DNA of 64,000 nucleotides, taken from the IMG/VR virus record IMGVR_UViG_3300020360_000085, positions 1 to 64,000 of that record. One strand, 5' to 3'. This DNA comes from a virus. Lineage: Duplodnaviria; Caudoviricetes. Under the pieces are notes generated by a model that worked only from the letters and a program-made list of their open reading frames with translations, searched no databases and was not told the origin of the DNA. The translations under genes were made by a program, and so were the position numbers. The first letter of the stretch is position 1; every line of letters begins with the position of its first letter. Of this stretch, positions 18,360-29,200 are shown piece after piece.

Positions 18360-18691
18360 TATAATTCCGCCTTAATATCTTTCATAGCCTGGTCGCCTGC
18401 CATTTTTGCCACATCTACAGAAGGCTCTGGCTCATCTGTATCTATATCTCCAGGCAGTTGATCTTTAGGCTTTATAACATCTTTATCTATGCTACTTGCA
18501 TATCCACTGTCATTAATTGCTTTAATTAATTCATCTGTGGTTGTAACAAATCCGTGTTTTGCTAATTGTGATTGGAAATCCTCAGTAGGAATGTCTTTGG
18601 CATCGTCAGCCATATAAGAGATTAATAGATCCTGAACTGCTGTTAATAGATCTGCCTGATATCCTTCTGTTACAATTTCTCGTATAAGCAT
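18359..18691 (-). CDS. Hypothetical head-associated protein with capsid-targeting-like N-terminus
   Basis: Begins MLIREIVTE-G. Confidence 0.65.
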   Translation of the reverse strand: MLIREIVTEGYQADLLTAVQDLLISYMADDAKDIPTEDFQSQLAKHGFVTTTDELIKAINDSGYASSIDKDVIKPKDQLPGDIDTDEPEPSVDVAKMAGDQAMKDIKAEL

Positions 18692-18692
18692 T

Positions 18693-20024
18693 TTACACCT
18701 CTACAGGTGCTCTTCCTAATGGCTCATCTTCAGGCCCAGCCGCCGCTGGTTCATTAACATCTATGTCATCTAAATCACTCATGTCATCTAGGTCTCCAGC
18801 ATCTGCTACTGGATCTTCATCACCTAAATTACCTAATGCATCAGATCCTCCTAGATTCATATCTTCACCTGTTATTCCGCCCACTAGTTCGTTTACACCA
18901 TCTTTTGCTTGTTTGGCACTATCTAATGCTGAATTTAAAACACCTTCCGCTGAATCTTTAAACTGAGCGGCCTTATCTGCACCAAATTCGCTTATCATTT
19001 GGTCTGCAATAGCAGGTAGATCTTCGTTTACCATTCTGCCTAATCTTTCAACGTGGTCCTGAATGTCGTCTGCCATTGCTCTAACAGCCATAACAACTTC
19101 TGCTTCTTCAACAGACTCAACTTCTTCTGCTAACATGTCATCTATAATGTCATCAAACATGCTTTCTTTTGCTTTTGCTTTCTTACCTAGGATTTTTTCT
19201 GCTGTTTCTTTAGACATTTTTACAGGTTCCATCTCACCGTTTATTTCAACTTCTTTTTTACCATCAATGGCTCCTTGAGCAATAGTCATTGTATATAAGT
19301 CCTCGTTAGTTTTGTGTTGAGCAACTTTGGCTCCAAAAAACTTAATACCATTACTAATTGCATCTTCTTCTAATCCGTTTAGGAATCCAACAACAGAGTC
19401 TTTGCTTTTACCTGATACTTCAGCAAATAAGTCTAATTTTTCTTCTATAGCACTCATGCTATCGTGGTCATTTAAATCTATGCCCATTTCTTTAGCCAGT
19501 TCGCTTAGAAGAAATTCATTTAGTTCTGTGTTGCTTTCTTCTATTGAATCTTCTTTCATTTCTTCATTACAGTGAACCTCGTAATACTCTTTTGCCGCCA
19601 TCATGATTATAGGAAGTACATGTTCATCGCTGTAAGAGTACATAGGATTTTTTCTGTAATTTTGCATACATTGTGAAACTGCTTCATTTTTATTACAGCC
19701 AGAGTCCATTAAGTTTTGGACTTCTGCAACAAGCATGTCTTTCATTTCCATATATGCTGGTGATTCTGCGTACATGCCTTCAGTAAGCATTGTATCTATT
19801 ACGTCTTTTATTCCTAAGTATTTTGCATATTCTGGTTCTAACTGAAAGTGTTTGCTTGTACCCTTTAACTTAATTATAGCATTTTGAGACATCTCTCTGA
19901 TTTGCTCTAATTTTGCTTTTTTAGGGTAACTAGCAGATACTTTTACACCGAATTGCTCACTTAAAAACTTATTAATCTTATCGATTTTTGTTTCGTTTGT
20001 TTGGTTAAATTCTCTTATAAACAT
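18693..20024 (-). CDS. Acidic scaffold-like/internal head protein
   Basis: Begins MFIREFNQTNE; helical and acidic; late box and AGGAAG upstream. Confidence 0.65.
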   Translation of the reverse strand: MFIREFNQTNETKIDKINKFLSEQFGVKVSASYPKKAKLEQIREMSQNAIIKLKGTSKHFQLEPEYAKYLGIKDVIDTMLTEGMYAESPAYMEMKDMLVAEVQNLMDSGCNKNEAVSQCMQNYRKNPMYSYSDEHVLPIIMMAAKEYYEVHCNEEMKEDSIEESNTELNEFLLSELAKEMGIDLNDHDSMSAIEEKLDLFAEVSGKSKDSVVGFLNGLEEDAISNGIKFFGAKVAQHKTNEDLYTMTIAQGAIDGKKEVEINGEMEPVKMSKETAEKILGKKAKAKESMFDDIIDDMLAEEVESVEEAEVVMAVRAMADDIQDHVERLGRMVNEDLPAIADQMISEFGADKAAQFKDSAEGVLNSALDSAKQAKDGVNELVGGITGEDMNLGGSDALGNLGDEDPVADAGDLDDMSDLDDIDVNEPAAAGPEDEPLGRAPVEV

Positions 20025-20091
20025 GGTATCTTCCTAAAATATAAATGTTATAGTCTTATTTATCATTTTGGAAAGATTTTTTTGAAAATTT

Positions 20092-20568
20092 TTAATAGTA
20101 GGATAGTTTTTGTCTGATGTTTTTAAGCATTCCAATACTTTCATCCATTCTGGTCTGTGCTATTAGGCGTCTTTCCATTATTTTTGTAGTTTTAATTGTG
20201 TATTTGTAAAAATGAATATCGTTGTAATGCTTGTAAAAAATATCGCATTCTTTTTGTATTCTTTCTGGTTGTGGTTTATTTTCGATTTTTTTGTCGTTTA
20301 ATGTTTTACAAATCGCTTTTGCCGTTTTTTTAAAGGGAACACTATATACATATACAGAATTGTTAATGTAATTTACAATATTAAATCCAGGTTCTGCAGG
20401 TCTAATAACATATACGCCACGTTTAGCAACTTTATTACTAAGATCGTCTAGTTTTTTTGCTAAATGCTTTTTATTGTAATTTTGTTTTTTGCGGGTATAT
20501 TTTGTAGCCAAGTTCTTCACCTTTCGTAACTTTTTGCAGAATGTCTTTTTTATACATTTCTTCTGCAA
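20092..20568 (-). CDS. Basic hypothetical protein (true start probably downstream, near TTG ~20511)
   Basis: ORF track; the first part overlaps the upstream gene. Confidence 0.55.
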   Translation of the reverse strand: MQKKCIKKTFCKKLRKVKNLATKYTRKKQNYNKKHLAKKLDDLSNKVAKRGVYVIRPAEPGFNIVNYINNSVYVYSVPFKKTAKAICKTLNDKKIENKPQPERIQKECDIFYKHYNDIHFYKYTIKTTKIMERRLIAQTRMDESIGMLKNIRQKLSYY

Positions 20569-20695
20569 TATAAAATTCTCTTTCGTCCATGCTATTTACA
20601 CTTAGAAATCCACTTAAATCTATTTTATTGAACACTCTATTCTCTAAAGTACTAATAAAATTTAAATAATTATTTTTGTCCTTGACTGCTCTCAT
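20471..20695 (-). CDS. Hypothetical protein
   Basis: 74-aa ORF in a packed operon. Confidence 0.6.
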   Translation of the reverse strand: MRAVKDKNNYLNFISTLENRVFNKIDLSGFLSVNSMDEREFYIAEEMYKKDILQKVTKGEELGYKIYPQKTKLQ

Positions 20696-20837
20696 CTTTT
20701 TTTGCTTTCTTTTTCTTTTTCTTCTTCATACTGAAAACACTAGGATTAGGCCTTTTTTGCATTCCGCCTAAAGGAATTGCCACAGTTGCTACTGCACCTG
20801 CGGAAGTTGTTTCAGTAATTATATCTTTTATAAGCAT
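20670..20837 (-). CDS. Small basic internal-head-type peptide
   Basis: MLIKDIITE-TTSAGAVATVA... with a poly-Lys tail; GATAAATA-N5-ATG. Confidence 0.7.
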   Translation of the reverse strand: MLIKDIITETTSAGAVATVAIPLGGMQKRPNPSVFSMKKKKKKKAKKDESSQGQK

Positions 20838-20841
20838 AACT

Positions 20842-21945
20842 CTATTTATCAATTTTTTGCTTTAAATCTTCTGCTACTTTGTTTGCAAAAACTTTATTAC
20901 TGTATATACCAGAGTGTTGCCCATCTCTTGCCATATCAAATATTTTTTTACCGTGTGGATTATTTTTAAATCCTGCATCTCCAAAATCTGTATAACTTGA
21001 ATAAACAAGTAGTGGTATGTCCAATTCAGATGCTAAAAGATTTATTACAGACATCGCTTGAGAACATCTTTGTAAAGTATTTTCAACATTATATAAATCT
21101 TGTGCAAAATGTTTATTAATAGATAATTGTGCTGGTTCTTCGTCTGTTCTATTATTCCAATTTCTTAATATCTTATTATTGTATAATTCTTCTTGCTTTA
21201 GTTCATTAATCCATTCTAATTGTAAAAAATGTTTAAAAATTTTATAATCGCTTATGTTTTTATTATGTTCAATCATACTTCCAATAATAGTTTTTCTTGT
21301 AAATGGAGGTAGTAAAACTACTAAAGCCTTGCAATTTTTTATTTCTGATTTAAAGAAGTATTTACAGTAAAAACTAACAAAGTCTATACCTCTTGCAGGA
21401 AATCCTAAGTTTACAGGTCTGTAACCTAGTTTTTTACAAACTCTTTCAGCCCAAATATTATCTTGATCTAATCCAGTACCAAATGTATGACTACATCCTA
21501 AAAATGCTATACAAGGATCGTTATCTAACTCAGGGCACCTAAAACCATGTGAATTAATATAGTAATTTAAACTGGTTTTTTCTATAGCACTTGTGATATT
21601 GTTAGTATTAGAATCTTTTATTAATTTTAACAAGCCATACTTTTCTAAAATATTTAATATTTCAGGATCATTATCTAACCATCTGTCAGGATTATCTGAC
21701 ACATGATAAGGTAATTTAAAAGAATGTTTGTTGCTGTCATTTTCTACAAACCATTCTATTTTTACATTACCTGTAAAGGCACTCTTAAAAAATGCCTGAC
21801 GTAATTCATGTAGATCTACTTTATTATCTGAGTAATGTTGATTATGTTTGTATAAAATACTATCAATTTCTGACAGATTTTTGTAATAATTATAACTATA
21901 AAAATTAAAACTTTGTACTTGGCTTGGTTCTGTATATATGCCCAT
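20842..21945 (-). CDS. SGNH-hydrolase-like hypothetical protein
   Basis: IAFLGCSHTFG block-I-like motif, VNLGFPARG, C-terminal DGQHSG. Confidence 0.55.
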   Translation of the reverse strand: MGIYTEPSQVQSFNFYSYNYYKNLSEIDSILYKHNQHYSDNKVDLHELRQAFFKSAFTGNVKIEWFVENDSNKHSFKLPYHVSDNPDRWLDNDPEILNILEKYGLLKLIKDSNTNNITSAIEKTSLNYYINSHGFRCPELDNDPCIAFLGCSHTFGTGLDQDNIWAERVCKKLGYRPVNLGFPARGIDFVSFYCKYFFKSEIKNCKALVVLLPPFTRKTIIGSMIEHNKNISDYKIFKHFLQLEWINELKQEELYNNKILRNWNNRTDEEPAQLSINKHFAQDLYNVENTLQRCSQAMSVINLLASELDIPLLVYSSYTDFGDAGFKNNPHGKKIFDMARDGQHSGIYSNKVFANKVAEDLKQKIDK

Positions 21946-21957
21946 GCATATATTTAT

Positions 21958-24900
21958 TTAGGAGTTTTTACGACCGCTCTTCATGTTGGCACACCAGTGA
22001 TACATTTTTGCTTTTTCTCCACTGCTGTTTTTTGCTTTTTTACGCAGACTTGTAACAGAGCCTTTACAACTTGCACCTGCTCGTTTTACTCTGCCTGGAC
22101 GACTTTTGCCTTTAACTTTGCCGTCTTTAAAGTTTTCATCAAATTCTTCCATGCCTTTTTCAAATTCTGTTTTTTGTAAATCCCAAGGACCATAATGTTT
22201 AGTAGCACTTATTTTTTGTAAAACATCTTTATACGAATATTTTTTTAATTCATTAGGATTAATATTTCCTAACTTGTAATATTTTTCTTTCCTCATTACA
22301 GCATTTTTAGTACAGTCATGTACTACATCGCCTATTTCTAACCAACCGTGTCCATAACGTTGGTCTTTTACATAACTGCCTTGTCCTGTTACATACCCAT
22401 GAACCAGGCTTAATGAGTTTAACATAGCAGGGTTTTCTTTAGCATACTCTAACATTTGTTTTATTGCCGCTTCAAAACAATCTCCTCGTTGAATACTTTC
22501 AGGCAATAATTTTGCTCTAGTGGCTACCTTTCCATCAAAAACATCAGCGAATGGAACCTCTTGTTTAGTAGTAACATCATATCCAGTTACTCTTTTTGGA
22601 TGTTGTTTTGCAAGATTTTGCCAAATTTTATGTCCTGCAGGACTCTGTGTACCAAAACTATAAAGTGGTTCTCCATATGCTTTGCTAACTGCCAAGTAAA
22701 CAGGTACAGCAAATCCTTTACCTCTGTAATCACTATGTGTAACCACATTTGTTGTGACCCAACCGTCTAAACCTCTTTTAATAGTGAGTAAAAATATTGG
22801 TTCCTTATTATTCATAAGAAATATATGTCTAGAAACTCCATTATCATATACTTCATTTCTGGATATTCCTGGTATAGATGCTAATTTTAAATGACCTTCC
22901 TCTCCAAATTCTTGAGGGCCTGTTGCATCATTATATCTAAAATTTATTAATCCATTGTCGTCCATGTTATCATATGTTTTAGCACTATGGATTTCATTTA
23001 TTTTTTGCAGTAACTTTGCTTTTAAGTTTTCTATTACCATATATGCTGGTATTTCTTCTTTACCAATATCTTTTGCTTTCTGTACTCTGTGAAATCCATC
23101 TAAAATAGTTTTACCATCAGCATCTACTACTATAGGATCTGTTGTGTCAGCAAAATTTACATCGCCCAAATCACCTATAATTCTGTCAAACCCTGGTGCG
23201 TCCATGTCTAAGTTTGATACTTTAACTGTTGTAAGTTCAGTTTTTTTACCCTTTAAATATTTTCTAACTAGAGGACTTAGATTCCTGCCTTGCTTTGTAA
23301 CGTCTTGTGATTTATAATTTTCTACTACCTCATAATCCTCATCTTCAGGATAATGTCCTGTAGCACTATGATAGTATAACAGTTCTGCGGCATCAGGGTA
23401 GCCTTCTGGGTCTATATATGTAGGGTCTGTTAATCCGTCTAGATAAACTTCTCCATCTTCAAAATGTTGATTACCATAACTGGTCATAATACGATATTGT
23501 TTATCGTCTGTGCTTCTAATAATAACACCATCTTCCTGATCTACCTGTGCTTGGTTTACCCATTCAGAATTGGCTCTGTCTGCTTCTTCTGATGAAAAGA
23601 AAGGCTTTTTTGCTTGTGGATTCATGTCTACAACCTCTCCTTCATTTGTTGCTACAGTTTCTAATATACTGTATAGTGTATTAAACTGGTTGTCCTGTTT
23701 CATCTTTAATACTTTTACAGGAACTCGGTGCATACTTAGTATTTTATTAACACGTTCACGGTCATACTCCAGCGGATCCTGGTCAAATCCTGCCAGTCCA
23801 GTACTCTGTGCATCGTCCTGACTAACAAAATCGTCTTCCATCTGGTCAAAGTCTCTGGCTAACTGTAAGTTTTTGGTGTACTTGTAAATTTTACTAGCCA
23901 ATTCTCTGTGAGTGATAAATTTTTCTTGACTTTCATTCTTAACACAATTAGGCACACGTTTGCCAAACATCATTTTTGTGCCTTTCTTTTTATATCCTTT
24001 CCAGCAACGTGTTCCTTCATCTAATTTTTTATAAACACTATACAAAACAGGATTATTATTACAACCTAGTTCGTCATATACATGACCTCTAATTATAGGT
24101 TCTTGCTTTTGTCTATTGTCAAAGTCTTGATATACCTGTGCGTAAACATCATCTATTGATTCATCATCATATCCATCATTACATTCGTCTGTAAATCCTT
24201 CGTAATGTATAACGTAATCTCCCTGCACATCTACACCAACATCAGTAGGAACAAGTTTGTTTATAAAATCTTGAACTTCGCTAGGTAACTCCATGCTTTC
24301 ATTCATCTTTTTGGTTTTCTTTTTCATTTGGTTTATGTACTTTCTGTACACAGCCGCCGCTGATTTTTTACCTGCCGCCTTGGCTCTTTGTTCCATAGCA
24401 ATGGCGGCCTGTATTTTGTGTGCATGTTTTTTACCTGAACTTCTGATTTTACTAACACTAGCCTTTGCGTCTTTTACAGTAGCAAATTTTAGTCCTTTAA
24501 TTGTGCCTTTGGGATTTTCATCTGTGTATAAGTCACTATGCTTTTTACTACCTGCTGGTTGTCCTTTTTTGCGTGGTATCCTTTTTGCTTCTGCTAATTT
24601 TTCTGCTAGTAAATTTTTAAAGTAATTTTCTGCCATTACTTTTTTATCACTTGTAGTATGAGCAAAATGTTGCATAACATCTTCAATGTCTGCGTCTATC
24701 ATTATAGCAGGTACACGTTTTATGCCCAATATGTTTGCGGCATCATATCTGTGATGTCCATTTATAATATAGCCTTTTTTGTCTACAATAAATGGTCTGT
24801 CTGCTTTTTTAAGGAAAACGTCTTCTGCTTTTTTACTTAGACCTTTTACACGTTGACTTTGTACTGGCTTTAGTTTATCTATACTAATCATGCCTTCCTT

Positions 24901-26202
24901 GTGATCAAACTCTGAATCGTTTACAACGTCATCACGTCTTATCTGTGGTAATTGATTTCTGTCAAAATGTTTATCACTAACACCTCTGTTGTAATCTTCC
25001 TCTACAACTTCTCTCAAACGTATTACACCACAACCTAATCTGTCTCCAGCATTACCTGTTTTTAAACTTTCTTCATCACCACCTTTACCTAAGTCATCTT
25101 CATCTGCATGTACTACTATTGCTCTGCCTACTACATCAGATAAATTTACTCTTTCTGCTTTTATTTGAAATCTGGAAATACCTGATTTATCTGCAATAAT
25201 ATTTCCTAAATCTCCAACATGGCCTTCTTTTAATCCACCATGATCAACTCCATCTGGATTGTAGTGAGCACCTGCACTATCGCAACCATCACTTAAATCT
25301 CCATATTCATGAATGTGTAAACCATGTTTTCCAGGAGTTATGCCTTTTACTATACCTTGTATAAACGTTGCGTTACCAGGCTTTTGAACAAACTTAAACA
25401 TGCCTTCTACATTGTCCTCTGCATGTTCTAGTGTTGCTATTGCTTTAACTGTTTCCTCTGCTTCTGCAATACGATTTACACGTTCACATTGGCAACCTTT
25501 GGACTTTGTTTTAGGGCATGGAGTAATTTTCTCTATTGCTTCATATATGCCTTGCCCAAATTTAAAACTGGATTTTTTCTTTTTCTTCTTTTTCTTTTTG
25601 GATCTTTTATAGGGTGCCATACTACCTATGCCATAAAATCCTCTGCTTACAGGAGCATCACTAGGCGTGGAATCAGCGGATGATGAAGTAGAACTATCTC
25701 CTGAACTACCACCATCTGCAGACCCGCTGTCTCCACTTGAACTTGCTGAACTACCATTGCCGCCTGAACTTGCTCCTGCACCAGCACCTGCACCTGCACC
25801 GGCTCCACCACCAGCACCTGCGCCTCCACCGGCACCACCGCCACCTCCGGCGCCTCCGCCTCCGCCACCACCGCCTCCGGCGTTAGCATAAAGTGACCTT
25901 CTTTCATTGTAAGAGTTTATCATATCATCATATATTACTAATAAATCCTCTACATTGTTATCATTTACCATGTCAGGCTCAAATTGGCCAAATACGTCTA
26001 TAAATTCTGCTTCTATATCTGAGTAAATTGATTTTACATTGTTTCTATCATCAGTTGTAAATGCAATATAATCTGCTAATGCTTGTAATCTGTCTTTAAC
26101 ATCTTTATCTTCAGTTTTGTTCCAAATATCAAAGGCATTGTCTAACCAAACACCTTGGCTAACATATTTTTCTATTTTTTCTGATATCTCTGATAATCTC
26201 AT
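21958..26202 (-). CDS. 1414-aa multidomain virion protein: Gly-rich linker, Cu/Zn SOD, two ParB-like domains, GNAT-like and Cys-His protease-like domains, small basic modules
   Basis: SOD ~25015-25455 with all ligands; ParB-like INGHHR (~24690-24960) and LDGFHR (~23030-23240); YRGKGFA (~22610-22810); GDCFE...HGWLE (~22310-22490). Confidence 0.85.
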   Translation of the reverse strand: MRLSEISEKIEKYVSQGVWLDNAFDIWNKTEDKDVKDRLQALADYIAFTTDDRNNVKSIYSDIEAEFIDVFGQFEPDMVNDNNVEDLLVIYDDMINSYNERRSLYANAGGGGGGGGGAGGGGGAGGGAGAGGGAGAGAGAGAGASSGGNGSSASSSGDSGSADGGSSGDSSTSSSADSTPSDAPVSRGFYGIGSMAPYKRSKKKKKKKKKSSFKFGQGIYEAIEKITPCPKTKSKGCQCERVNRIAEAEETVKAIATLEHAEDNVEGMFKFVQKPGNATFIQGIVKGITPGKHGLHIHEYGDLSDGCDSAGAHYNPDGVDHGGLKEGHVGDLGNIIADKSGISRFQIKAERVNLSDVVGRAIVVHADEDDLGKGGDEESLKTGNAGDRLGCGVIRLREVVEEDYNRGVSDKHFDRNQLPQIRRDDVVNDSEFDHKEGMISIDKLKPVQSQRVKGLSKKAEDVFLKKADRPFIVDKKGYIINGHHRYDAANILGIKRVPAIMIDADIEDVMQHFAHTTSDKKVMAENYFKNLLAEKLAEAKRIPRKKGQPAGSKKHSDLYTDENPKGTIKGLKFATVKDAKASVSKIRSSGKKHAHKIQAAIAMEQRAKAAGKKSAAAVYRKYINQMKKKTKKMNESMELPSEVQDFINKLVPTDVGVDVQGDYVIHYEGFTDECNDGYDDESIDDVYAQVYQDFDNRQKQEPIIRGHVYDELGCNNNPVLYSVYKKLDEGTRCWKGYKKKGTKMMFGKRVPNCVKNESQEKFITHRELASKIYKYTKNLQLARDFDQMEDDFVSQDDAQSTGLAGFDQDPLEYDRERVNKILSMHRVPVKVLKMKQDNQFNTLYSILETVATNEGEVVDMNPQAKKPFFSSEEADRANSEWVNQAQVDQEDGVIIRSTDDKQYRIMTSYGNQHFEDGEVYLDGLTDPTYIDPEGYPDAAELLYYHSATGHYPEDEDYEVVENYKSQDVTKQGRNLSPLVRKYLKGKKTELTTVKVSNLDMDAPGFDRIIGDLGDVNFADTTDPIVVDADGKTILDGFHRVQKAKDIGKEEIPAYMVIENLKAKLLQKINEIHSAKTYDNMDDNGLINFRYNDATGPQEFGEEGHLKLASIPGISRNEVYDNGVSRHIFLMNNKEPIFLLTIKRGLDGWVTTNVVTHSDYRGKGFAVPVYLAVSKAYGEPLYSFGTQSPAGHKIWQNLAKQHPKRVTGYDVTTKQEVPFADVFDGKVATRAKLLPESIQRGDCFEAAIKQMLEYAKENPAMLNSLSLVHGYVTGQGSYVKDQRYGHGWLEIGDVVHDCTKNAVMRKEKYYKLGNINPNELKKYSYKDVLQKISATKHYGPWDLQKTEFEKGMEEFDENFKDGKVKGKSRPGRVKRAGASCKGSVTSLRKKAKNSSGEKAKMYHWCANMKSGRKNS
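25650..25890 (-). repeat. GC-rich low-complexity tract encoding a Gly/Ala then Ser/Gly/Asp linker
   Basis: Degenerate ccacc/ccgcc/gcacct repeats encoding GGGGGGGGGGAGGGGGAGGGAGAGGGAGAGAGAGAG. Confidence 0.9.
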
Positions 26203-29200
26203 TTAACTAAATTTAAAAGTAAACTTACTTCCTATCCTGCTACTGTAATATGTTTTACCACTATCTAATAAAATCTTACCTCCAAATTGTGGAGGATAAA
26301 CACTACGCCATTCTGATACAAATGTATCTGGACCTTTAACACCCATTTTACAATATAATTGTACGATAGCAGACTGATTAAGGAATGCTAAACAACCATC
26401 ACTAAATTCTGGAACATTATTGTTTATATGTTTGCATATTTTTACTGCAAGTTTTGACATAAGAGCAAATCCTGTGTTAAAACCTGCAACCTCTTCTGGA
26501 TTCCTTAACTCACCGTATGTACCAGATATAAGTTCTTTTGCACTATTACTTAATCCATTAAAGTCTTTTTTAACTTCCTGTATGTAAGATTTTATTTCTT
26601 CTTCAAGTCCTTTAGGTAAAAACCCAAAGTATTCTGCTAATCTAAATGGGCCATTTAAAGCAGTATTGTTATTAATAATTTCTATAATTTTAACTGCTTC
26701 ACTATGAGTTTGTCTTAGTTCATCATTTGCTCTTTCCATTGCTTTTGCTATATTACTAACTCCTGCACTAGCACCTTTTCCACCTTTACTACTAATACCT
26801 ACTTCTGCACCATTAGGTCCTTTAAACAAACTATCAACTAAAGCATAGTTCATTTCTTGTGGCCATCTGATCTGACAATCTTCCCAACTTGCATTGTTTA
26901 TAAGTTCTTTTCTTGCAGTTTCGCTTTGGCCATTGCTATCTAATCCTCCACGTAATGCTATTGGACCCATTATTTCTCCAAAGTAATCACGTATTGCTGG
27001 TAATTGGTCTCTTTCTGCTGTAAACATAGGCATAGTTCCAGAACTTAGATCTTCTAAAGCATTTATAAGTTTTGGTACCACAGGGTTATCTCCGCCATTT
27101 TGTTTAATTATATTAATTACATCTTGTGTACTGCCTATCCATTTACCTGTAGCAATTAAATGCTGTGGATCTAAACCTGCTTCCATTTTAAGAGCAGTAT
27201 TGTGTTGTAACTTCCAACCCATAGGAACTTCTTTGTTTGACCATTTACCCATCATATTAGGAGTAATCTCTCTAAAGTATCTGCCCCAAAGTGTTTTTTC
27301 ATTAGTTTCTGAATTTGTTAATGTTGCTATCGCAAATGCTAAAGTGCCTTTGTTAGGTAAGTTTACCCATTCTATATCTGTATTAGCATTCTGCTTTATA
27401 TTATCTATAGCAGTATCTCTCTTTTCGTCGTCATCAAATTTACCCATTTCAGGATAATTTATAACATCTTGAAATTCTACCTCAACATTGTCTTTTTTAA
27501 ATTTATCTCCTGCAAGCCTACCATATAGTCCTCTGGACTCATTTATAATTTGTTTTACTTTTGTTTTAGATGCCTCATTTAAATCTATTTGTTTAAATAC
27601 TCTAGGGTCTAATTGCTTTTGTGCATAAAATCTAACTATACCTCTTAAACAAGCATTTGGTCCTTCCTCTGCTCTTCTGGCTCTGAAATCAGATAACATA
27701 GCAGGATCAGGTATTGCGTAATAGGCCAAAAATTGTTTTTTAAGGTCCCAGGCTGGCATTTCATCTGCTAAAAGTTTATTAAGTATTCCAGGAATACTGT
27801 TGTCTGGTAGTCCTTGACTACTAGGGCCTTTACTAACACTTTCTTTTAAGTGTTCATCTTTGTGATCGCATTTAGGATCTCCACATGCTGGGCATGGTGT
27901 ATCCTTGTCTTCATTTGCTTTATTCTTTTTACCTGCACAATGAGCCTTTTGACTAAACCCTTTTGGATTACTGCAATTAATACTGTCTTTGTATTTCTTG
28001 CTCCACTTTTCTAAAACTTCAGATTCATTTACAATAACCAACTGTTCTTCTAGAGTCAATTTATCAAATTTATCAAATACACTTTCTCTAGGATTAGAAT
28101 TAAGTTCATTTTGTCTATTTTGAAGATACATTCTGCCTCTTGCTAAGTGGCCCTGTAAGTCATTTGGTTCTTCTCCTGCTTCTCTTTCTCTCTGCATACT
28201 AACTAAAACAGCACGTTTAAATGTTTCATCATTTTGTTCGTTTTTAAGAAATCCTACTAGACTGTTTACATCTGGTTGTAAAATATAATTTTGGATACCA
28301 TTCATCATCATAGTATTAAAATCATAATATTTGCTACGCATAGCCTCATAATCGTCAGTAGTTACATCAAATCCTGAGTCATCATCTCGTGTTTTAGCAT
28401 ATATGCTACTAACATCGTCGCCATCTCTAAAATAGTTTCCACCACTAACAGTATAATTTTTTTCTATATATTCGTATGCGGCCTTGACTGCACCTGCCCA
28501 TCTTTCTGTGCCTATTGCTCTTGGGTCTTCTGGTCTCCAGTTATGATCACTATCATATTGATCGTAAACTTTTCGTAATAATCTTACACCTTGGTCATTT
28601 ACACCACGTTCTATTTTCAAATAATCTGTTAAATTACTCCAGTTTGTTCTATCAGCAACTTCGGATGATGAGGCATCTCTATAATCTTCAACACCAGCCG
28701 CCTTTATCATTCCTTCTACATTATCTTGATAGTTTAATGCTAACTTAATATCTCCATCAACAACTTTTTGCAATACATTGGATAAAGCCTGTTGAAAGGC
28801 TTCAGTATTTTTCATTTCTTTAGCAACAAGTGGTTTCATTTCTTTCGGATACACACTGAAGTCAAATGCTTTAAACTTTATTACTTCAGAATTATTAGTA
28901 TTCAAAGACCAAGTAATAGCACTTGACCTGTCTAATGGTTCGTTACTAATAGGATTTTTAACATCTTCAGGATCTACCAAATAGGATTGACCTGGTGTTC
29001 CTGCTCTGCTGTCACCAACTCGTGTAATTTCTACATTTGCTCTTTTAATTACTGTGTATTCTGAACTTGTAGCAGGCTCAAATATATCATTATTTGTTAA
29101 ATCTTTAAAAGTAACATTATATTTTGCATAAAACTTGCTAAGTATTTTGTTATAAGGTGTTTTCCTCCATGAATGGAAATAGTTATTAGCAGATTCAAAA

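Noticed and set aside
25650-25890. CRISPR array or mobile-element repeat
   Set aside because: It is a degenerate codon-level repeat encoding a Gly/Ala linker, with no constant repeat-spacer structure; no CRISPR array was seen anywhere in the window
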